From Eledone cirrhosa (Eukaryota), in NCBI GenBank assembly GCA_964016885.1, contig CAXHJY010000093.1, positions 62,001 to 126,000 on the forward strand: a DNA stretch of 64,000 nucleotides, read 5' to 3'. Of this stretch, positions 54,498-64,000 are shown piece after piece. The notes beneath the pieces were generated by a model that did no database searches, was not told the origin of the DNA, and worked only from the letters and a program-made list of their open reading frames with translations. Numbering within the stretch: position 1 is the stretch's first letter; every line of letters starts with the position of its first letter. A program made the position numbers and the translations under genes.

Positions 54498-54930
54498 CCC
54501 TTTCATTACTAGATTTCTAATAAAACACTGTCTATGATTTTTAATTAATGTTTAAACTAATAAAAAATGTGAAGAGGCTTAGTAATTAATATAACTTAAT
54601 TTTCTCATTATTTAGTTGGTGTTTAGAACATAACAAAGCTTTAATTTAAAAATTTAAGGTTCTAACATAAAATTATAATGGAAGGTTAATTTTAAACAGC
54701 AACATATTAACCCTTTAGCATTTAAACCAGCCATATCTGGCCAGAATTATCTCACCTCATTCTGTTCAAACCAGACGTAACTGGCCACTCATACTGATGT
54801 TAAGGTATTGTTCTCAAAATAAATAACATCGAAATATCATTGATTCAATATTATGTGAGATAAATATGTAAGGTAAAGCCTTTACCACAAAAATACAATA
54901 GTAAATATAGACTAATGGAAATGTTAAAAC
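54498..54930. mobile_element. Two adjacent piggyBac-like MITEs
   Basis: TTAA|ccctttcatta...taatggaagg|TTAA (54498-54685), then TTAA|ccctttagcattt... (from 54711), which matches 7031-7226 in reverse orientation. Confidence 0.65.
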
Positions 54931-55446
54931 AAATATATATATTTTTTTTGTTATCATGGAATTAGAGGTGGCTTTAGGCAGGTGGGTGTGGAAAGGATAG
55001 AAAGACAAGAAAGAGATAAAGGGAACATTAGGAAATGGAATTCTGGGTAGACTATCTGGGGAAAAAACAATAAAGTTTATCATGGTTGTTACTCTAAGTT
55101 TCTCGAGGAATCGAACTGTGTATCAAAGATGGAAAAAGAAGTTGGCATCAACCAATACAAGGAATCTAACTTCATATTTCTGGGAGGTGACAACTTCTTT
55201 TACCCATCTTTAAGGGTCTTCCCCTATTTTATAACATCTCCACACATGAACACTCACCATTCTTTATATTAAACATATGTATAAGAAAGTTTACACATTA
55301 AGTTTCTTCTTCATATCATCTTGAATAAAAATAATAATAATTTGGGTAAGGTCTGTTGCAGGTGATGTTAGGGGTGGATAAATGGAGCAGAAGTTTTATA
55401 TATATATATATGTGTGTATGTATATATATTTATATATATATGTGTG

Positions 55447-55526
<80 letters not shown>

Positions 55527-56159
55527 CATTTAACTCTTGCACTACTTATTTATTCCATGCTAGAATTACTCTCCAGAAATGGTGGAAGTATTTCAACAGC
55601 CATCTCCATTTCACCCTCTTCACCCCCCCCCCCCTCTCTCATGCACTTCCTTCCTCAATAGTTACACCCTTCCATGCATATATCAGTATACTTACCACAC
55701 ATGCACACACACACATACACACACGCATACATACACACATCTTTTGTTATCTGTCCCCTTGTTCATTCATTCATCAAGCTAACACGCATCTCAGGAAGTT
55801 TACACTCACTCATACACATACTCACACTCATACACACACACTCACAGTCACACATACACACATCTTTTATCTGTCACCTTGTTCATCCATTTTTCAACCC
55901 CCCACATATACCCAGGAAGTTTATACACACACATATACATATATACATATACATACATACATATACATACACACATATATATATACACATATATACACAC
56001 ATATATATATATAGATATACACACATATATACACACACACACATATATATACACACACCTAATGTCTTGAGTATCCATCCAAACATCCATTCTTCAACCC
56101 AACACATTTACTCAGGCAGCTTATATACAGATACATATATAAACACATACACACACATA

Positions 56160-56900
56160 CACACACACACACGGTTTTATATATATAAACACACACACAC
56201 ACAGCTTTATATATATATATATAAACACACACACACACAGCTTTATATAGATATATAAACACACATATACACAGCTTTATATATATATATAAACACACAC
56301 ACACACACACACACAGTTTTATATATATATATATAAACACATACACACACAGCTTTATATATATATATATAAACACACACACACATAGCTTCATATATAT
56401 ATATAAACACACACACACACACAGCTTTATATATATATAAACACATACACACACAGCTTTATATATATATATATATATATATAAACACACACACACAATT
56501 TTATATATATATATAAACACACACACATGGCTTTAGATATATATATATACACACACAGCTTTATATATATATAAACACACACACACACACACACACACAC
56601 AGCTTTATATATATATATATATAAACACATACACACAGCTTTATATATATATAAACACACACACAGCTTTAGATATATATAAACACACACACACACACAG
56701 CTTTATATATATATAAACACATACACACAGCTTTATATATATATATATAAACACATACACACAGCTTTATATATAAACACACACACAGCTTTAGATATAT
56801 ATAAACACACACACAGCTTTAGATATATATATAAACACACACACACAGCTTTATATATATATATATACACACACACAGCTTTAGATATATATACACACAT
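56160..56900. repeat. Compound minisatellite (CA)n-gcttt-(AT)n-aa
   Basis: cacagctttatatatataaacacac in tandem. Confidence 0.9.
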
Positions 56901-57094
56901 GTCTACAAAGATATTTCTAACACTTCAGTAACTTATGTGATTTTAATTCTACTTTATAATATTCGACAGACAAGTTATTGTAGTTCTGGGATATTTCCAC
57001 TTTCCTCGGAAAATTCCGTATTATTTTCCTTGGATTTTTTTCCTTGGACAATTCTGTTATTGTTCCAGGATTTTTCCACTGTCCTCAGACAATT

Positions 57095-57350
57095 TCATGT
57101 TAGATACTTCCCATTCCTCAGATAACCCCATGTTGTTGTTACATATGTAGCAGATAGTGTTTATACATATTTCCCATTCCTCAGATAACCCCCATGTTGT
57201 TGTTGGATACTTCCCATTCCTCAGATAACCCCCATGTTGTTGTTAGATACTTCCAATTCCTCAGATAACCCCATGTTATTGTTCTTGGATGTTTCCACTT
57301 TTTTGGACAATTCCATGTTGTTGGATATTTCCCATTCCTCGGATTACTCT
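57095..57350. repeat. Degenerate ~40-bp minisatellite
   Basis: gatacttcccattcctcagataaccccatgttgttgtt copies. Confidence 0.8.
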
Positions 57351-57550
57351 CATGTTGTTGTTGTTGTTGGGTCTTTCCTCTTTCCCCAGACTCTGAGATA
57401 ATCTTTTTCTTGTCCATCTTCATAATTTCCTGTCTCTTATTTTTCTTATCTAATTTCTCTTTCATTCAATTTACATTGTTGTTGTTATTGTTGTTGTTTT
57501 GACATTTTTTTTACCTTGCATCTTATTTTTGTCTCTCTCTCTCTCTCTCT

Positions 57551-57611
<61 letters not shown>

Positions 57612-57944
57612 TCTCTCTCGATATATATATATATATATATATATATCATCATCATCATCATCATCATCATCGTTTAACGTCCATCTTCCACGCTTGCATG
57701 GGTTTGGACGGGAGTTTTCCCACTTGTGGCAAGATTGGTTGTCTTGCTCGTATAGGACTGTCTGGCGGGGTTTTCTACGGCTGGATGCCCTTCCTAACAC
57801 CTACACGACCTCATTTGTTTCTGACTGGATGTTGTGGTACCAACATAACTTCACATTTAAGGGGGTGGTGTGGATGGGGTGGGGGTAGTGGGACGGGGGT
57901 GTATTTTTGTTAGAGGTGCCTACTGACTGTAGGTTTCGCTTTGT

Positions 57945-58225
57945 ACTTAGGCAAGGCAGGTCTTCTGTATGACTGTGTAGCGCCAAAGATCTCGGTCCAG
58001 TGACATTGTCTTGGAGAGATGTAAGTGTGTGAGGTCAGAATTTATCAAGTCGTCCCAGGTTTTTCTGGGTCTGCCTACTCCGTGGCTACCGTCTATTTTT
58101 ATCGCCTGCACTTTTTTATACAGCTGTCGTCTTTCATGCGCATCACGTGACCATACCAACGTAGTCTTCTCTCGAGTAAACAACATCTGATCCCTCTTAT
58201 TCCTAATTTCTCCCTTAGTTCGTTT
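57945..58225 (-). mobile_element. RTE-clade LINE 3' fragment
   Basis: Minus strand ELREKLGIRGIRCCLLERRLRWYGHVMRM, a frameshift, then GVGRPRKTWDDLINSDL...DRDLWR. Confidence 0.85.
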
Positions 58226-58557
58226 ATGCTTTGCCGTTCACGTATATTACTATTACACATCCAGCGATATATATATATATATCTGTGTGTGTATATATAT
58301 ATATCTGTGTGTGTATATATATATATATATATCTGTGTGTGTATATGTTTATCAGGGGTTTCCCACCTGTATCTCTATCACATTTTTTGCTTATATAAAA
58401 ACAATATATAGTATCTTTCATCTAATTGTGTGTTTGTGTGTACATACATACATTCATACATACATACACATGTATATATATACGTACATGCATTTAAAGT
58501 AGTGGAAAACATAATTAAAAAGGACATCAACATTGGTAAAAGTTGTGAAATTGATAA

Positions 58558-59578
58558 TGGTGGTGGTGATAGTGTTGGTGGTGGTGGTGTTGGTGGTGGT
58601 GATAGTGTTGGTGGTGGTAGTGTTGGTGGTGGTAGTGTTGGTGGGGGTGGTGATAGTGTTGGTGGTGGTAGTGTTGGTGGTGGTGGTGGTAGTGTTGGTG
58701 GTGGTAGTGTTGGTGGTGGTGATAGTGTTGGTGGTGGTGATAGTGTTGGTGATGATAGTGTTGGTGGTGATAGTGTTGGTGGTGGTGATAGTGTTGGTGA
58801 TGATAGTGTTGGTGGTGGTGATAGTGTTGGTGGTGGTGATAGTGTTGGTGGTGATAGTGTTGGTGGTGGTGATAGTGTTGGTGGTGGTGGTAGTGTTGGT
58901 GGTGGTGATAGTGTTGGTGGTGGTAGTGTTGGTGGTGGTGATAGTGTTGGTGGTGATAGTGTTGGTGGTGGTGATAGTGTTGGTGGTGGTGATAGTGTTG
59001 GTGGTGGTGATAGTGTTGGTGGTGGTGATAGTGTTGGTGGTGGTGATAGTGTTGGTGGTGGTGATAGTGTTGGTGGTGATAGTGTTGGTGGTGGTGATAG
59101 TGTTGGTGGTGGTAGTGTTGGTGGTGATAGTGTTGGTGGTGGTGGTGATAGTGTTGGTGGTGATAGTGTTGGTGGTGGTAGTGTTGGTGGTGATAGTGTT
59201 GGTGGTGGTGATAGTGTTGGTGGTGGTGATAGTGTTGGTGGTGGTGATAGTGTTAGTGGTGATAGTGGTGGTGATAGTGTTGGTGGTGGTAGTGTTGGTG
59301 GTGGTGATAGTGTTGGTGGTGGTGGTAGTGTTGGTGGTGATAGTGTTGGTGGTGGTGATAGTGTTGGTGGTAGTAGTGTTGGTGGTGGTGGTAGTGTTGG
59401 TGGTGATAGTGGTGGTGATAGTGTTGGTGGTGGTGGTGGTAGTGTTGGTGGTGGTGATAGTGTTGGTGGTGGTAGTGTTGGTGGTGGTGGTAGTGTTGGT
59501 GGTGGTGATAGTAGCCAGTGGTGGTGATAGTGTTGGTGGTGGTGATAGTGTTGGTGGTGGTGATAGTAGCCAGTGGTG
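58558..59578. repeat. (GGT)n-gat-agt-gtt codon-phased repeat
   Basis: ggtggtggtgatagtgtt variants; this produces the spurious GGGDSV ORF. Confidence 0.95.
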
Positions 59579-60539
59579 AGGAGGCAGATTGTTATGTCAT
59601 TGATAATGTAGTGTGGAGGGGGGAGGTGACAGCAGTTTTGTATGTTATGTATAACAGTGGTGGTGGTGTAAGGTATGGGTGTTAATGGGTGATTGTGGTG
59701 GTGTGTGGTGGTGGTGGTGGTGGTGGCGTGCTGATGATGATGTGGTGTATGGGTGGGAGGTGGGGTGGTGTTAATGGCTGGCTGTGTGGTGGTGTGGTGA
59801 TGATGTGGTGGCGGTGGTGGCGGTGGGAATGTGATGTGATGATGGTGGTGGCAGTGGTGTATTGTGGGGAGGTGTTAATGGCTGGTGGTGGCGGTGTGGT
59901 GATGATGCGGTGGCGGTGGTGTATGGTGGTGGTGGCAGTGGTGTATTGTGGGGAGATGTTAATGGCTGGTGGAGGTGGTGTGGTGGTGTGGTGTGGTGGT
60001 GGGGAGGTGTTAATAGCTGGTGGTGTAAAGTGAAGGAATAATGCACATTTTCAGTAATAGTTTTCCTTTGAAGTATGTTGCACCTCCTGTGTGCATATGC
60101 ACACATGTGCATCAACACATACAATCAGTTACCATGAAACATATGCTGCACAATATCTTCTATTATAGATATGTGATCACCCTTACATGTGTGTGTGTGT
60201 CTGTCTGTGTGTGTGTGTGTGTGTGTATCTGTGTGCATGTCAGTGTGTCTGAGTATGTGTGTGTGTGTATATGACTATGTATGTATATCTGTACATGTGT
60301 ATGTGACTGTGTGTGTCTGTGTGGCTGTGTGTATGTGGCTGTGTATATGACTATGTATATCTGTATGTGTGTCTGTGTATGTAGCTATGTGTGTGTCTGT
60401 GCATGTAACTATGTGTGTGTCTGTGTGTGTAACTATGTGTGTGTCTGTGCATGTAACTATGTGTGTGTCTGTGTGTGTGTATACATGTACCCTTTTCTAT
60501 TTGTCATTTAATTGTAGACTACAGGCCAAACACATTTAG

Positions 60540-60601
<62 letters not shown>

Positions 60602-60756
60602 ACACTAACATATATATATACACATACACAAATATACACACACATACACACACACACATTGAGTTTCTCTTGAAATTGTGCAGATTGCGTGACATGTGCA
60701 TATTGCACGTGTGTGTGTGCATAGACAGTTTTTGCTGTTAGAATATTTATTCAACA

Positions 60757-60791
<35 letters not shown>

Positions 60792-60972
60792 GCTCATGTT
60801 TGTTCCTTCCACACACTCACGCACACACACACTGCTATTGATATGTCTCACATGGATACATACACACATGTATATACATACACACACATATATTTATATT
60901 TACATACACAACAGATATATATACATACCTACATATATATATATACATACCTACATATATATATATACACAC

Positions 60973-61007
<35 letters not shown>

Positions 61008-61138
61008 CATACATACACATGATTATATATATACATATGTACATATACACACACACACATATATACATATACATACATACTTGCAGAGATACATACATAC
61101 AAGCATGCACATTGTCTGGCACACACATACATATCGGT

Positions 61139-61172
<34 letters not shown>

Positions 61173-61427
61173 CATCGGTCTGATATTTCATTTGAAAAGC
61201 TGTTTCAAGTGCTCTATACAAAAGTCAGTGCCATATATGGTCATATGCAAATGTACATTGAAAGGGAGCCATCCCCAGTTGTATATTTTAATGATAGCTT
61301 TCATTGATAGAATGGTTCTCTCTGAGAACTGGTCCTTTATTTGATTCTGAGTAAATACAACAGAACCTTACATCTCTTTAACCCTTCTGTAACCATATTT
61401 CTGTTTAGAATTCTTTGGAAAATAATG

Positions 61428-61815
61428 TGCGGACGCCATGCTTTGATGCATAGAGTTACGGCCCTTGCCATTCTGAGTTCAAATCCCGCCGAGGTTAACT
61501 TTGCCTTTCATCCTTACGGGGTCGATAAAATAAAGTACCAGTAATACACTGGGTAATTGCTGGCCTTGTGCCAAAAGTAGAAACAATTATTTACTAAAGA
61601 GTGGATTGTCAGTATCAGTAGAGGGTTGGACGCCATGCTATGTAGCATAGAGTTACGGCCCTTTATGATCTGAGTTCAAATCCCGCCGAGGTTAACTTTG
61701 CCTTTCATCCTTACGTGTTCGATAAAATAAAGTACCAGTAATGCACTGAGGTCGATTTAATCGCCCCCCCCCCCCCCCATTGTTGGCCTTGTGCCTAAAT
61801 TAGAACTTTTTATTA
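61428..61815 (+). mobile_element. Two tandem SINE family 1 copies
   Basis: Two consecutive family-1 bodies (~61428-61590 and ~61600-61815). Further partial copies at ~1890-1975(-), 6625-6720, 40700-40795, 50000-50100 and 63920-64000. Confidence 0.85.
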
Positions 61816-62551
61816 CCAAATCCCTCCGATTATTTTCAAAAGGATCTCATTAGAAATATAATAATGGGTTCAGTAAGTACTTGATTCTGTGGAAATATTC
61901 TTTGTTAAGTCTGGACAAATATTTGTATTGTCTCCTTTATAGTTTATATTTCTTTGTAAATCTCCAATAATCACTGGAGGGGGGTGGTTGTGGTGTGATG
62001 GTGGTGGTTGTGGTGGTGTGGTGTTTGTGGTGACGGGGGTGGTGGTGTGTATGTGTATGTATGTGTGTATATATAGTGGTGTGATTGAGCATTTCTTACG
62101 TGTATGTATCAATAGCTCTTTGTGTATGTAGGTATATATGTATTTTCTGGTGTGTATGTACGTGTCTATAGGTCTTTATGTATATGTATGAGTGTGTCTT
62201 ACATACCAATAGGTTTTTGTGTATGTATATGTATGGCTGTGCTTTACATGTATGTATTTATACGTCTGTGTATGTCTTACATGTATATATCTATGTGTAT
62301 ATATGTGTATGTATGTCTTACATGTATATATCTATGTGTATATATGTATATATCTATGTATATATATATCTATGTATGTATGTCTATGGACTTCTATTGT
62401 CACAAGAACAAGTCACTATTTATCAAATTAGTTGCAGTAAATATTTGATAAAGTTTGTATTGTAAGGCAAATATTTCACCATCTATTTTTTTTGTACATT
62501 TATTTTCTTGGCACCACTGTATCTGTAGTGGTAGTAGTAGTGGTGGTGGTG

Positions 62552-62613
<62 letters not shown>

Positions 62614-62979
62614 GGTGGTTATGTAGTAGTTGCTGTGGTGGTAGTAGTAGTAGTAGTGGTGGTAGTGGTTATGTAGTAGGGTAGTAGTAGTGGTGGTGGT
62701 GATGTTATGTAGTAGTGGTGGTGGTGGTGATGTTATGTAGTAGTTGCTGTGGTAGTAGTGGTGATGGTAGTGTCATGTAGTAGTTGCTGTGGTAGTAGTG
62801 GTGATGGTGGTGTCATGTAGTAGTAGTGGTGGTGGTGGGGTGTCATGTAGTGGTTGCTGTGGTAGAAGTAGTAGTAGTGGTGGTGGTGTCATGTAGTAGT
62901 TGCTGTGGTAGTAGTTGTTTTGGTAGTGGCCATGTAGTAGCTGGTATGGTACACTAAGAACAATTTAATTTAACTGACC

Positions 62980-63570
62980 CTACATACCATCACTCTACAT
63001 AGCAACTCTCCATAGCAACTCTACATACCATCACTCTACATAGCAACTCTACATACCATCACTCTACATAGCAACTCTACATAGCAACTCTACATACCAT
63101 CACTCTACATAGCAACTCTACATACCATCACTCTACATAGCAACTCTACATACCATCACTCTACATACCATCACTCTACATAGCAACTCTACATACCATC
63201 ACTCTACATAGCAACTCTACATACCATCACTCTACATACCATCACTCTACATACCATCACTCTACATAGCAACTCTACATACCATCACTCTACATAGCAA
63301 CTCTACATAGCAACTCTACATACCATCACTCTACATAGCAACTCTACATACCATCACTCTACATAGCAACTCTACATACCATCACTCTACATACCATCAC
63401 TCTACATAGCAACTCTACATACCATCACTCTACATAGCAACTCTACATACCATCACTCTACATAGCAACTCTACATAGCAACTCTACATACCATCACTCT
63501 ACATAGCATCACTCTACATAGCAACTCTACATTCACTCTACATAGCAACTCTCCATACTAACTCTACATA
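62980..63570. repeat. Two-monomer minisatellite (13 bp and 15 bp)
   Basis: Interspersed ctctacatagcaa and ctctacataccatca units. Confidence 0.95.
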
Positions 63571-63677
63571 TATGTACCATGAAAATATAAATCTTCTATT
63601 TAGGAGGTAGACAATTATATTTTGCAATGTTATCAATTATTGGTTTGATATTAACCGAGTCCCTATTTCCTTTGCAG

Positions 63678-63806
63678 GTGTCCATTGAGTCAAGCCACTC
63701 CGCCATGCTTTATGAGACTATTCATGTGGCCCCTGACCAAAGGATCTTTCCTGATCTCTACTTTGATTTGGATAAGGAGCATTTATACGCCATGACCCCT
63801 ACTAAG
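63678..63806 (+). CDS. PlexB: Plexin next coding exon (end of Sema domain, before PSI), 43 codons, phase 0/0
   Basis: Acceptor ccctatttcctttgcag| and donor AAG|gtacgt. Translation VSIESSHSAMLYETIHVAPDQRIFPDLYFDLDKEHLYAMTPTK continues directly from the 6767-6952 exon (plexin ...GxxxKVxxES...Y...DLxFD...HLYxMT..KV). Confidence 0.9.
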
Positions 63807-64000
63807 GTACGTCCACTTCATTTAACCTCTTTTTTTCCTCTTCTTCCATGTATATTTCTTTCAGATGGTTCCGAAGTTTCACCAGAAATTTCGGTGGTTC
63901 TCAATATTCTCATTTAAAACTTCACCGAGGTCAACTTTGTCTTTTGATCCATAAAGTATCTGTCCTGGGCAGTGGATTGACCGAAATGTTAGAACTTTTG

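Noticed and set aside
58430-59579. 365-aa Gly/Asp/Ser/Val-rich ORF resembling a structural protein
   Set aside because: It is a triplet-phased simple repeat, open in more than one frame and embedded in similar GGT tracts.
63627-63917. 96-aa ORF as a stand-alone gene
   Set aside because: Only 63678-63806 is plexin-like; the remainder is intron read-through.

Overview
Eukaryotic, AT-rich, microsatellite-saturated DNA. Its SINE and LINE content looks like that of an octopod cephalopod (inference). Only two credible host exons are present, both on the + strand and both phase 0: 6767-6952 and 63678-63806. Together they encode consecutive C-terminal segments of a plexin Sema domain, separated by a ~56.7 kb intron (6953-63677). 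Almost all ORFs in the supplied track are translations of simple repeats. The introns hold tRNA-derived SINEs, RTE and CR1/L2 LINE 3' remnants, hAT-, Tc1- and piggyBac-like MITEs, and more than 20 minisatellites. The main unexplained signal is eight type-I hammerhead-ribozyme motifs (CUGANGA-stem II-GAAA-palindromic helix III-UH-stem I) from about five sequence types. Each lies in a short non-coding element whose 3' end runs into TA-rich microsatellite. Four of them are packed into ~1 kb (16.97-17.92 kb), one has a compensatory U3-A8 core, and one has a fold-back 5' end (also seen in neighbouring TA-flanked elements that lack a core). A decayed Penelope-like GIY-YIG ORF lies at ~5.35-6.2 kb. 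This suggests a TA-targeted Penelope-like/retrozyme-type ribozyme element system in the plexin introns. All motifs were found by eye and catalytic activity is untested.
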